Shown one piece after another: positions 26,125-35,957 of a stretch of 64,000 nucleotides of DNA; position 1 is the stretch's first letter; the number at the start of each line of letters is the position of its first letter. The position numbers and the translations under genes were made by a program. The stretch lies in NCBI GenBank assembly GCA_014728015.1, contig WJMI01000305.1, forward strand, positions 6,192 through 70,191. The letters run 5' to 3'. Origin of the DNA: Chitinivibrionales bacterium (lineage in GTDB: Bacteria; Fibrobacterota; Chitinivibrionia; Chitinivibrionales; WJMI01). Below the pieces are notes generated by a model. It was not told the DNA's origin. It saw nothing but the letters and a program-made list of their open reading frames with translations, and ran no database searches.

Positions 26125-28134
26125 ATGGACGCTGCTCGCATGACACTTTGCATGATTGTATTTGCCCTGGTTCCCTGCCTTGCGGAACCTGTCCTTACAG
26201 AGTTTTCCCGGACCGGGTACGAGGCTTGGGACGGTATTACCGACAAATCGAGTGCCCCTTATACCGAACGGGCCCTCCATTATGACATCGACTGGCAGCC
26301 CACGCAACTATGGGACGGGTACAATCAGGATGAATTCATGTATGTCCGGACCTTCTGGTGTGACGGCGGCTATAACCGCGATGATTTCTTGTCGTTCAAG
26401 ACTTCGCGCGACATCACCGTATACCTCTCGTTTCCCCGGTATGATCCTCGCGACCATGGTCCTTGGAACCCCGATCCTATCGTGAGCGAGAACGCGTCGG
26501 AGCATCTCGCTACGCATCCGGTCTGGCTTGTACAGCGCGGATTTGAAAAAAGAGGCAAGATGCTCCATATCGTGGAAGTCGAACACGATGTGTACGAACG
26601 AACGTACACGGCAGGGGAAACCGTCCGGCTTGGAGGGTGCGGGGGAAGGACCGAAATGTACCACATATTCGTGAAGACCGGCGCGCATGACCCCAAGCCT
26701 TGGACGCCTGCAAAGACGCCCGACAACTGGCAAGAGAACCTTCCCGAACCGGTCCTCTCGGAGCATCAGGGATGGATTGATTTCTATTACCACTGCTGGG
26801 AAATGGCTGAAAGCAAAAAGGTGCGGCGTCCGGGTGTCGGCACCGAAGGCATGGTATTCTGCTTCGATGATGCGCACAGCGGGCAGTTCACGTGGACCTG
26901 GGACCAGGTTTGGGTGAGCACGTTTGCCAAATACTGGCAGGGCGCTCATGATGTAATCGGCCATTATATGAATGGTATCGACGTGCTATACAGCGTGCAG
27001 TATGACGACGGATACATCCCGTACATGTGGGGCACGTGGGGAGACCCAACGAGGGTTCAGGCGCCCATCCTGAGCCTGGCGGAATGGGTTTGCTACCAAC
27101 ACACGGCTGATACCGCGCGGCTTCATCGTGTGCTTCCTGTACTGCGTAAATACTTCTTCAATGTAAGACGCTTGCACGGGCAGTACTATGACGGACCATA
27201 CAGCGCCAGTTTCATCGGCAACGGCATGGACAACCGGTATAACGGACGGCGGATTATCGATTTGACCGGGCAGCAGGCAATGAATGCCCTGCTGCTCTCA
27301 CGGCTGTACGGGGTCATCAGTGACAGCGAGAATTCCGAGTTGTTTCACCGGGAATGGGAATTCCTGCGTGAGATTATCAACGACAAGATGTGGCACGAGG
27401 AAAACCGATTCTATGAAGACCTGGCCAATTTGACAGGTGACGGCTTGCGGACAACCTGGACGCTGGCATCATACTGGCCGCTCATTGCCGAGGTTGCTCC
27501 GCCCGAACGCGCCGCGGCAATGAAAGACCATTTGTTCGACCCTGATAACTTTGCCACGCCCCATATGCCGCCATCATCAGGTAAAAAATGCCCGAACTAC
27601 GATCCCAACGGTTGCTATTGGCAGGGCTCTGTATGGGTACCGACGGCTACCATGGTAATTCGCGGACTGATTGTGTGCGGATTCGAAGATGCAGCGCGAG
27701 AGATAGCCTTGAACCATCATGGAGCCCTCTACCGTACCTGGCTAAGTGATCATACAGTGTATGAAAACTACTGGCAGGGCGGCGATGGTCCGGCGACCGG
27801 CGTGAACCCGAAACCCGGATTCGCGGGATGGAGTGCGGTAACGCCTATTGCCACGCTTATCGAAGTGATCATCGGCATCCGAACCAATGCGCCGGAAAAC
27901 AGAATGTTCTGGCGGCCTCGATTGACCGAAGAGAACGGCATCCGCAACCTCAAATGGGGACCCGGCTATTCGCGGGTGGTGGACATGATCGCGGCCGAGC
28001 GATCCAGCGCAAGCGACCCGATCACGATTACGATCAACAGCAATCATGCATTTACGTTGGAGGTCGATGCGGGATTTGCGACGAAAACGATCGATGTCGC
28101 CGCCGCCGATGGTCAGGTGTTTACGATTGAATGA
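26125..28134 (+). CDS. GH63-like (alpha/alpha)6-barrel glycoside hydrolase, no T9SS tail (copy 1)
   Basis: DDGYIPYMWG, QAPILSLAEW, IDLTGQQAMNALLLSRL. CYWQGSVWVPTATMVIRGL resembles the W(R/Q)G(P/S)(I/V)W motif of GH63/MOGS-type enzymes. Also VYENYWQ and FAGWSAVTPIATLIE. Start at the ATG at 26125, after AGGGAGGAAACA. Confidence 0.7.
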   Translation: MDAARMTLCMIVFALVPCLAEPVLTEFSRTGYEAWDGITDKSSAPYTERALHYDIDWQPTQLWDGYNQDEFMYVRTFWCDGGYNRDDFLSFKTSRDITVYLSFPRYDPRDHGPWNPDPIVSENASEHLATHPVWLVQRGFEKRGKMLHIVEVEHDVYERTYTAGETVRLGGCGGRTEMYHIFVKTGAHDPKPWTPAKTPDNWQENLPEPVLSEHQGWIDFYYHCWEMAESKKVRRPGVGTEGMVFCFDDAHSGQFTWTWDQVWVSTFAKYWQGAHDVIGHYMNGIDVLYSVQYDDGYIPYMWGTWGDPTRVQAPILSLAEWVCYQHTADTARLHRVLPVLRKYFFNVRRLHGQYYDGPYSASFIGNGMDNRYNGRRIIDLTGQQAMNALLLSRLYGVISDSENSELFHREWEFLREIINDKMWHEENRFYEDLANLTGDGLRTTWTLASYWPLIAEVAPPERAAAMKDHLFDPDNFATPHMPPSSGKKCPNYDPNGCYWQGSVWVPTATMVIRGLIVCGFEDAAREIALNHHGALYRTWLSDHTVYENYWQGGDGPATGVNPKPGFAGWSAVTPIATLIEVIIGIRTNAPENRMFWRPRLTEENGIRNLKWGPGYSRVVDMIAAERSSASDPITITINSNHAFTLEVDAGFATKTIDVAAADGQVFTIE

Positions 28135-28198
28135 CAAAACGATCGCACAACCCCGCAGGGGCACGACGTCGTCATGCCCCGACGGGGAATCCGCAACG

Positions 28199-30943
28199 AT
28201 GGGACCACTGATGAAACAAATCATGCTCCCCGCAATCCTGATGGCGACAATCGGCGCAACGCATGCAGACACTGTCTACGTGGCCCCCGGCCACGACCTC
28301 GGCGATGCTATCGGCAAAAACCCCCCTCACACCACGTTCATAATCAGGCGCGGGGTGCACAAAAACGCGAAAATTCACGGGCCAAAAACCGGACAGGCGT
28401 TCATCGGGGAGGACGGCGCCGTACTCGAGGGCGACACGGGCATCATGTACTGCGTCAACGGGTGGCGGCAGAACGGCGAAGGCGACAGTGTGACTGTCCG
28501 TAATCTGGAAATACGCGGGTACTGGTACGAAGACTGTGGTGGCGCGGCCGTCCTGATGGAGCCCTTCAGCAAGGGATGGGTGTTCGAAGACAACGAGGTG
28601 CACCACAACGGCGGCGTGGGTGTGATATTCGGCAGTCATTGCGTCATCCGTAATAACTACATCCATCACAACACCATGCAGGGCGTGGGATGCGGCGGCA
28701 ACTGCGGCGAGGGGTACAAGGGCAATCTTAGCCCGTGCAGCAAACACGCGGTATTCGAAAACAACGAAGTGGCCTGGAACAACTGGGACGCGGAGCGTGA
28801 TACGAATTTCTGCGAATGGGGGCACACGGGAGGCGGCAGCAAGTTCGCGGTTGCGTTGGGGCTCGTGGTGAAAAACAACTGGTCGCATCACAACTGGGGA
28901 CCGGGATTCTGGACCGATGTGGCGAACGACAGCATCGTATACGAAGGCAATCTCGTGGAGCACAATATTGCCATGGGCATTTTCCACGAGATCAGCTGGG
29001 GTGTTGAAATCCGATGCAATATCTCGCGGCAGAACGGCGTATGGGTGGATTTCGGCGGGGACCAGCAGATCCTGCTTACTTCGGCCGGGCCCGCCGAGGT
29101 CTGGGGGAATATCGTCGAAGTCAACGCGCTTCACGGCGGCGGCATAACCTGGGGAGAAAACCGGCGGCTTCCGTTCCGGTCGCAGGATATCAGCGTGCAT
29201 CACAATACGATCATTTTTCCCGGCGAAGTCGGCACGGCCATCGGCGCGGGGTGCCAGTGGTATGATTCGTGCGCCATGTTTTACGAAACAAACTGCTGGA
29301 ACCATTCGATAGACTACAACACATATTATGTACCGAGCAAAGACTGCAGACTGTGGCGGTTCAATGGACCGTCCTACCACGGCCTTACATGGGATGATTT
29401 CACGGCGCTTCACGAACTGGGCGCACATGGGACGGTCATCGAAACTGATGATTTCCCTTCGGCGGACGATATCGAATGTCCGGACGGTTGTGAAGACATT
29501 CTGTCGCCCAGCATGATCATGTCGCCGCGGCGGCTTACGGTGCGCGCCGCCGCGGGCGGCGGCAATCCCGTGCCGCACACCATGACGATCAGAAACAAAG
29601 CCAAGGGGCGACTCGATCGCATTGAGACAAACGTGGTGTATCATGACGGCGACGGGTGGCTCGGCATTTCTACACCGGACGGCGCCGGCAATATGCAGCG
29701 AATTGTCAACAGCGTTGATGTGTCCGGCCTTGCAACCGGGGAGTATCTGGCGCGCGTGGAAATCACGTGCGACAACGCAACACCGTCCTACATGAAATAC
29801 CTCGTGTGGCTGTATGTGGAAGACGGTGGATCATCGGCAGGACATGTCGTGGTGACACCGGATAATGCAACCGTCTCACCGGGTCAGACGGTTCGCTTCG
29901 ATGCCGTTGTTGTTGACCGGCTCGGCAATCCGCTTTCTGTCCAGCCAGCTGTCACGTGGACTGTGGATGGCGAAGGGAGCGTGGCCGCCGGCCTGTATAC
30001 CCCGCCCTCGACGCTGGGAGGGCCGTATACGATTACCGCATCGGCGGGTTCTGCCGGCGGCTCGGCTGAGGTTGCGGTGATGCGCGCCCTGCCGCTGGTG
30101 CAGGACGGGAGTTTTACTGATATTCAAGGCACGAGCCAAACCGGATTCATCAAGAAACTCCTTACAATACGCGGTTCGGATGACATGCCGGTTGCGGTTG
30201 TAGGTGACGGCAATACGGGAGTTGACAATGTGCTCGTGCCCGGCATCGGAGGCCTGTGGCCGATTCCGGGAGACAAGATCGCCATTCTCGGCACTGATTA
30301 CACATGGAGCATCGAATACGAAGATGATGCCTTCTGGAATGACAACGTCCGTGAAAAGGCTCATTACTGGGTAGATTACTTTTTCATTGCGCTGGTGAGC
30401 CCCGTCGAACGGCAGGTACGGATCGGCACCCGTCACATGGGGGGAATCAAGATATGGCTCAATGGTAATCCCGTACATCAGAACGGCTGGTGGGACGGAT
30501 GGGGAACCGAGGCTACCGTACCGGTGACGTTGAAGAAAGGCCACAACCGCCTAATGCTGAAACTCACCGCCGGTGACGGCGATAGCTATTTCGCGGTGCA
30601 GGTTGCTGAAGAGAACGGAAGGCTGCTTACGGATCTCCAGTACTCTCTTGGCGGTGACAACGAGCAGGACCTCGTTGCGCGCGCATCGGCTCGCGTTCCT
30701 CGGAATCGTTTGGCAGGGCTTATGGTGCGACGCGCAGCGGGGCGATTCCTTGTTGACGTTTCTGGCGCCGGAGGGGGCCACGAGCTGCAACTGTTGACAT
30801 TGAGCGGACGGACCATCATGAAACGCCGGGGCGCAGGCAATGCCGTGTATTCGGTCCCGCGCGCCGTTTTGGCGCGGGGTGTGTATCTGGTGTCTTTGCG
30901 AAGCAGCACGGGCGTGATTCGCACGAAGCTGGTCGCGTATTGA
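28199..30943 (+). CDS. Secreted beta-helix protein type 2 with Big_2, beta-sandwich and T9SS C-terminal domains (copy 1)
   Basis: FIGEDGAVLEGD, NLEIRGY, VHHNGGVGVIFG, IRNNYIHHNTMQGVG, NNWSHHNWGPGFWTDVANDSIVYEGNLVEHNIAMGIFHEISWGVEIRCNISRQNG. Big_2-like: VVVTPDNATVSPGQTVRFDAVVVDRLGNPL. Tail: LLTLSGRTIMKRR...ARGVYLVSLRSSTGVIRTKLVAY. Start is either 28199 or 28211. Confidence 0.7.
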   Translation: MGPLMKQIMLPAILMATIGATHADTVYVAPGHDLGDAIGKNPPHTTFIIRRGVHKNAKIHGPKTGQAFIGEDGAVLEGDTGIMYCVNGWRQNGEGDSVTVRNLEIRGYWYEDCGGAAVLMEPFSKGWVFEDNEVHHNGGVGVIFGSHCVIRNNYIHHNTMQGVGCGGNCGEGYKGNLSPCSKHAVFENNEVAWNNWDAERDTNFCEWGHTGGGSKFAVALGLVVKNNWSHHNWGPGFWTDVANDSIVYEGNLVEHNIAMGIFHEISWGVEIRCNISRQNGVWVDFGGDQQILLTSAGPAEVWGNIVEVNALHGGGITWGENRRLPFRSQDISVHHNTIIFPGEVGTAIGAGCQWYDSCAMFYETNCWNHSIDYNTYYVPSKDCRLWRFNGPSYHGLTWDDFTALHELGAHGTVIETDDFPSADDIECPDGCEDILSPSMIMSPRRLTVRAAAGGGNPVPHTMTIRNKAKGRLDRIETNVVYHDGDGWLGISTPDGAGNMQRIVNSVDVSGLATGEYLARVEITCDNATPSYMKYLVWLYVEDGGSSAGHVVVTPDNATVSPGQTVRFDAVVVDRLGNPLSVQPAVTWTVDGEGSVAAGLYTPPSTLGGPYTITASAGSAGGSAEVAVMRALPLVQDGSFTDIQGTSQTGFIKKLLTIRGSDDMPVAVVGDGNTGVDNVLVPGIGGLWPIPGDKIAILGTDYTWSIEYEDDAFWNDNVREKAHYWVDYFFIALVSPVERQVRIGTRHMGGIKIWLNGNPVHQNGWWDGWGTEATVPVTLKKGHNRLMLKLTAGDGDSYFAVQVAEENGRLLTDLQYSLGGDNEQDLVARASARVPRNRLAGLMVRRAAGRFLVDVSGAGGGHELQLLTLSGRTIMKRRGAGNAVYSVPRAVLARGVYLVSLRSSTGVIRTKLVAY

Positions 30944-31013
30944 CGGTGGACGGCGTTGCGGACGGGGGGAAATTGCCGGAAGCAATCGTCTTGTTTTTCG
31001 GGGGGGAGGAAAC

Positions 31014-32210
31014 ATGCGAACAGGTCTTGCGGCAATCGCCATGCTCATAGCTGCCGCCATATGCCGTGCCGATGCGCCGCGCATCATCTTCGATACCGAC
31101 ATGTGCTCGGATATCGACGATATCGCGGCCCTGGGCATGCTCCACGCGCTTGCAGACAACGGCGAGTGCATCCCGCTGGGCATGATGCTTTCAAGCGGCA
31201 ATGATGACGGCATCGCCGCGATCAGCGCGATGAACCACTACCATAACCGTCCAGACCTTCCGATCGGTTCATTCAAGGGCGCGGGAAAGAGCTCGCCCAA
31301 CTACTACGGCGCAATCCCGGATCGATTTCCCTGCGCCGTGCGCACCCGCGATGATGTTCCCGATGCCGTGTCGGTCTATCGCCGGATACTCGCGTCCCAG
31401 CCGGATGCCAGTGTTACCATTGTCACAGTGGGCTACCTGCACAACATTCGGGACCTTCTGCAATCCGGGGCGGACCAGCACAGCGATCTTAGCGGTGTCC
31501 AGTTGGTCGCGGCAAAAGTCAAGGAGTGGTCGTGCATGGGAGGCAGTTTCTGGGATGCCAACAACTGGAGTTTCGAATGGAACCTGTGCGAGGACGGTGC
31601 AGCAAGCAAGTATGCAATCGATCATTTCCCGTCGGCGATCGTGTTCAGCGGGTATGAAATCGGTGATCCCGTGAAGACCGGCGTGGGGTACGGTGACCGC
31701 ACGCCGGCGGAAAATCCCGCCCGCGCCGTATACGATCCGAATTACCCGGACTGGCCCCGGCAGGAGGGGCACTGCAGTTTCGATCAGACCGCGGTGTTGC
31801 ATGCGGCGCGCGGCATTCGTAACTACTGGGATGCCAACACGACCGGCTATTGCGAAGTCAACGATGCAGGATACGTGTTCTGGCACGATTCGCCGGACAA
31901 AGAGCACGGATATCTGATTCGCAAAATGGACAACAACGAGCTTGCGGGGATTATCAACGAACTCATGTTTCAGCAGCCGTTTGAGGGCGAAAGCGACCCG
32001 GTCCCGGTGGTGAGGTATGGCGGGCCGAATGACGGCTCACGCCGGGATGCCGCGCTTGTCTCGCCTGCCCGAGTATTCGACCTGCGGGGACGGGCTCTCG
32101 GCGGTGTCCCAACGGTTCGAGGGGACAAGCAGGCTCTTGGGTTTGGGGTGTACGTCGCGGATGCCTTTTCAGGGAATGCAAAAGCAGCACGGGAATTGGT
32201 GCTTCGTTGA
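31014..32210 (+). CDS. Secreted IUNH (nucleoside hydrolase)-fold protein with T9SS-like tail, copy 2
   Basis: APRIIFDTDMCSDIDDIAALGMLHALADNGECIPLGMM. Collinear with 8085-9335 (VTIVTVGYL.NI..LLQS, VKEWSCMGG, FSGYEIG). SD: GGGGGGGAGGAAAC. Confidence 0.7.
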   Translation: MRTGLAAIAMLIAAAICRADAPRIIFDTDMCSDIDDIAALGMLHALADNGECIPLGMMLSSGNDDGIAAISAMNHYHNRPDLPIGSFKGAGKSSPNYYGAIPDRFPCAVRTRDDVPDAVSVYRRILASQPDASVTIVTVGYLHNIRDLLQSGADQHSDLSGVQLVAAKVKEWSCMGGSFWDANNWSFEWNLCEDGAASKYAIDHFPSAIVFSGYEIGDPVKTGVGYGDRTPAENPARAVYDPNYPDWPRQEGHCSFDQTAVLHAARGIRNYWDANTTGYCEVNDAGYVFWHDSPDKEHGYLIRKMDNNELAGIINELMFQQPFEGESDPVPVVRYGGPNDGSRRDAALVSPARVFDLRGRALGGVPTVRGDKQALGFGVYVADAFSGNAKAARELVLR

Positions 32211-32326
32211 AGGGGGGCAACCGGGCGAATAGGGAGGGACCAAGTCTATCGTCATAATCGCTGAAGAGACTACGATCCGCTTAGGGTCATAAAATCTGTC
32301 CGTCCCCCCAATCTACGCATTGAACT

Positions 32327-32336
32327 ATAGTACTAT
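32327..32336. promoter_or_regulatory. Perfect 10-bp palindrome ATAGTACTAT upstream of the PA14-GH63 gene (candidate operator)
   Basis: Self-complementary 10-mer 78 nt upstream of the ATG at 32414. It shares the ATAGTA/TACTAT half-site with the 50093-50114 palindrome. Confidence 0.3.
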
Positions 32337-32413
32337 GTTAACCAATCAAAACTGACTTCGCGCTCCGTTCCCCTTATTATCTCTGACAGCACTATCAGGC
32401 CAAGGGGGAAACC

Positions 32414-34774
32414 ATGACCGCAATCATCGCCAGTCCGCAGCATCTCCTTTCACAGATTGTTTCACTGTTGCTCGCGCTCGCGCTTCTGGCCCGGGCCGCC
32501 ACCGATCCAGGCGCACCGGTCAATCCCGACGGCATCGTAAACGGCCTGAAATACAAGTACTATGAAGGGGATTGGCCGGACGGTATTCCCGACCTGAGCG
32601 GGGTTTCCCCGGACAAGGTGGGCTGGTGCCGCAACCTGGACATCAGCTACGCCGATCGCGGGGACAACTACATCATTACCTGGCATGGCTATCTCAAGGT
32701 TCCCGCGGCAAAAGACTACTGGTTTACGCTTCGTTCCGATGACGGCAGCAGGTTGTATCTCAACGACCAGTGCATTATCAAGAACGACGGCGCCGACTAT
32801 GTGGGGTGGGATCATGATAACCACCGGCCCCATGATGCGGGCAGCGGCGCAGTCAGTCTCTCGGCAGGCATATACAAGGCCACCATCATGTTTCATGAGG
32901 TCTCGGGAGGCGAACAGATGAGTCTTGTGTGGACCGCCGACGGCATGGACCCGCATGCGGTCCCTGACAGCGCCTGGTTTCAGGATTCAACCGGCACGGG
33001 CATTGTGCCCCGCAGGGGCATCACCGACTGGCGCGCAAAGCTTCCCGAGCCAATCATGGCCGGTCATGACGGGTGGGTGGATTTCTATTATGATGCATGG
33101 CGTATAGGCGACAAGCGAAAGTATCGCTCACCCAAGGGATGGATCTGGGACTGCGCCCATAGTACCGGGAGCCAGTGGCAATGGGACATGACGTTCGTTA
33201 CCACATGGGCGAAGTACTGCCGTGATGCGCATCCCGATGTCACCTCACACCTGACCGGCCTGGACCTTTTCTACGAGGAACAAAAGTATCATGATGACGG
33301 GTTCATCCCGTTCATGTGGGGACCGTGTCTGGGCGGATGCTCCAACCGCAACGTCCAGAACCCAATCTTTACCCTTGCCGAATGGGACAACTACCTGTTC
33401 ACCGCCGACACCGCGCGTCTCGAGGAAGTGCTTCCGATCCTCGATGATTTCTTTTTCTGCGTAAAGGAACACTGGGCGGCGCCGTGCGGGGTATACAAGG
33501 CCGGCTACCTTCACAACGGCATGGACAACCGCCCGGTATTCAATCATCAGGCGATAATCGATTTGACCGGCCAGCAGGCCATGAACGCACTTACCCTCAT
33601 GCGTATGGCACAGGTGACAGGTGACAGCGAGCGTGAAGCAAAATTCCAGAGCGAGTACAACCAGCTCAAGGAGCTGATCAACACATCGATGTGGGACGAC
33701 GCCACCAATTTCTACTGTGACGTTCTGGGGGATACGCCTGATACGACGCAGATCACGAACTGGTGTGACTCAAAGCTGCAGACCTGGAGCGTGGCGAGCT
33801 TCTGGCCGCTTATCGCCGAGGTTGCTGATGAGACCAAGGCCGAATATTGCGTGCAGCATCTCGAAGACCCGGACAATTTCAAGACCCACCACCGGGTGCC
33901 CTCGCTGGGCAAGCGCAACCTCGAGTGCTCGAACAGCCAGGCGCGTCAATACAAGGAAGGCGGCAACTACTGGCAGGGAAGCGTGTGGATCCCCACGAAC
34001 ACCATGGTCATCAAGGGCCTTCGCAAGTACGGCTACGGCGATGTCGCTCTTGATATCGCCATGAACCACATGGAGTCGATGTACCAGACCTGGCTGAAGC
34101 GCGGCACCATTTACGAATGCTACTGGCAGAACGGCGATGATTACCCGCAGGAGGGCGGACGGCTGCCGGATTTCGTAGGGTGGAGCGGCACCACGCCTAT
34201 CGCGACATTCATCGAGCAGATCATCGGGATAACGGTCAACGCGCCAAAGAACATGATCACCTGGCGCGTGCGCACGACCGAGCAGCACGGCCTGCGGGAC
34301 CTGCGCTGGGGCAGGGACCTAAAAAATTCCGTAAGCCTGGTCGCGGCCGAACGTGATGCCGGGACCGACGATATCATCATCAATGTTACATCCAACCGTG
34401 CGTTCACGCTTAAAGTGGATGCGCCGGTGGGTGTCCATGAGGCCGATGTTGTGGCCGGCACGCAGTCATTTCGGGTGACAAGCGAAGGCATCGAGATCAG
34501 CGACGTGGTCGCGCGCATCGACGGGCGCCGGGCCAGGACTTCCTCCCGCATGGGCGTGCAGCGAACAGCCGACCGGTATCTGGTACATGTTGCCGGCATG
34601 TCAGGCTCCCATACGCTCCGGGTGCTGACACTGGGCGGACGGACCGTGGCGCATCAGCGGGCAACGGGCGGCGCGACATACAACATCCCGCGCGCTATGC
34701 TTTCGCCGGGCGTGTACCTTCTGTCGGTCAAGGGGCGCGGCACGGTTCTGCGTACGCGGCTGGTCGCGTACTAG
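32414..34774 (+). CDS. PA14-domain / GH63-like (alpha/alpha)6 glycoside hydrolase fusion with T9SS C-terminal domain (copy 2)
   Basis: PA14: GLKYKYYEGDW...YIITWHGYLKVPAAKDYWFTLRSDDGSRLYLND...SLVW. Catalytic part is collinear with 26125-28134 (DDGFIPFMWG, IDLTGQQAMNAL, NYWQGSVWIPTNTMVIKGL, YECYWQ). Tail: LRVLTLGGRTVAHQR...SPGVYLLSVKGRGTVLRTRLVAY. Confidence 0.7.
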   Translation: MTAIIASPQHLLSQIVSLLLALALLARAATDPGAPVNPDGIVNGLKYKYYEGDWPDGIPDLSGVSPDKVGWCRNLDISYADRGDNYIITWHGYLKVPAAKDYWFTLRSDDGSRLYLNDQCIIKNDGADYVGWDHDNHRPHDAGSGAVSLSAGIYKATIMFHEVSGGEQMSLVWTADGMDPHAVPDSAWFQDSTGTGIVPRRGITDWRAKLPEPIMAGHDGWVDFYYDAWRIGDKRKYRSPKGWIWDCAHSTGSQWQWDMTFVTTWAKYCRDAHPDVTSHLTGLDLFYEEQKYHDDGFIPFMWGPCLGGCSNRNVQNPIFTLAEWDNYLFTADTARLEEVLPILDDFFFCVKEHWAAPCGVYKAGYLHNGMDNRPVFNHQAIIDLTGQQAMNALTLMRMAQVTGDSEREAKFQSEYNQLKELINTSMWDDATNFYCDVLGDTPDTTQITNWCDSKLQTWSVASFWPLIAEVADETKAEYCVQHLEDPDNFKTHHRVPSLGKRNLECSNSQARQYKEGGNYWQGSVWIPTNTMVIKGLRKYGYGDVALDIAMNHMESMYQTWLKRGTIYECYWQNGDDYPQEGGRLPDFVGWSGTTPIATFIEQIIGITVNAPKNMITWRVRTTEQHGLRDLRWGRDLKNSVSLVAAERDAGTDDIIINVTSNRAFTLKVDAPVGVHEADVVAGTQSFRVTSEGIEISDVVARIDGRRARTSSRMGVQRTADRYLVHVAGMSGSHTLRVLTLGGRTVAHQRATGGATYNIPRAMLSPGVYLLSVKGRGTVLRTRLVAY

Positions 34775-34886
34775 GCGGCATCGGGGACCGCTTCGGCAAA
34801 CGCCGCCTGCATCGCGGCCTGGCGTATCACATGCAGGCGGAATGAGGAATTCTCCGCCTACGGCGCAGCAGAAGGGGGCCGACGCT

Positions 34887-35883
34887 ATGCGGAAACAGCA
34901 TCAGACGGATCACTCCCTGTTCCTGGCATTCATAATCATCTCGCATGTCGCCTCTCTCAGCTTCGCCCTCGATAACGGCCTGTGCCTGACCCCGCCCATG
35001 GGCTGGAACTCGTGGAATTGTTTCGGCTGGCACGGACACGATCAGGACAAGTGCCTTGCCGTTGCCGACAGTATGGTGTGCTTCGGGTTGCTGGATGCTG
35101 GTTATGAGTACTTCTGCCTGGACGACGGGTGGCAGGATTCCAACAACGACACGGATACACTGCGCCCCAACTCGCGATATTCGCGGGGGATGAAGGCATT
35201 CGGCGATTCGCTGCACGCACGCGGGTTCCAATTCGGTATCTACACCACATGCGGCATGAGCCGCGGCCGCGAGAGCGCGCATTGCTGGAAACGACATTCG
35301 CAACATGTCTCAGCAGACCGTGGAAATCCTGACCAACAGGGATCTCATTGCCATTAACCAGGATTCGCTGGGACTGCAGTGCTATCCGGTGAGCGGTGAG
35401 AAGGGGCAGCAGCAGGTGTTTGTCAAGCCACTCATGAAGGGCGATTGCGCGATTGCGTTCTTCAACCCGACCGACGGCTCACAGAGCATGAGCGTGAACT
35501 GGAGTGAATTCGATTGGCCCGAAAACGGCGCGCGGGTGAGAGACCTGTGGGCCGGGCAGGAGCTTGGCATCATTGAAGGCGGGTATTCTGTGACGGTTGA
35601 AGCTCACGGTACGGTTGTGCTGAGGCTGTCGCCGACGAGCCCCCAACAGACCATTTCATCCAAGAGACATGTCCCGCGGTCGAGCCGTTTCAAGGCCACG
35701 GCAGCATCGTTTCCCGCCTCTGGCGAATGCCAGATCAGCCTCACCGACCTGTCAGGACGCACGGTTTACACAGCAGAGAACGTTCACGCCCAGCACATGT
35801 TCCGTCCCCACTCCTCCGGAGTGTACGTACTTTGCGTGACCGGCTCGAATGGCTCGTTCAGCAAGAGAATCGTTATCAGGTAG
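34887..35883 (+). pseudogene. GH27 alpha-galactosidase pseudogene: internal out-of-frame deletion removing the catalytic core; T9SS tail retained
   Basis: 5' ORF: LDNGLCLTPPMGWNSWNCFG...YEYFCLDDGWQ...GFQFGIYTTCGM, then nonsense. 3' ORF, in another frame: (IAGNDIRN)MSQQTVEILTNRDLIAINQDSLG... plus the tail. The segment that would carry the YLKYDNC nucleophile and the acid/base Asp is absent. Junction is near 35255-35280. Confidence 0.75.
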
Positions 35884-35917
35884 GCCGAAAGGCCCACGGG
35901 GGGGCCTGATAAGAGGG

Positions 35918-35953
35918 GCCCACGGTTCGAGAGAGCCGTGGGCTTTCTTTCTT
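35918..35953 (+). terminator. Rho-independent terminator after the GH27 pseudogene
   Basis: GCCCACGG / CCGTGGGC 8-bp stem with a 10-nt loop, followed by TTTCTTTCTT. Confidence 0.65.
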
Positions 35954-35957
35954 GGAT

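Noticed and set aside
28046-28198. N-terminal extensions suggested by the ORF track (28046, 36801, 9449, 9353, 18630, 18643, 26071, 50148, 54175, 42159, 14351)
   Set aside because: The extensions overlap upstream genes or lack an SD. In each case an internal ATG, GTG or TTG is directly preceded by a G-run SD and followed by a signal peptide or the first conserved domain.
28172-29644. 490-aa reverse-strand ORF overlapping the beta-helix gene 28199-30943
   Set aside because: Same reasoning: the forward frame is supported by three paralogs, and the reverse frame is compositionally biased with no features.
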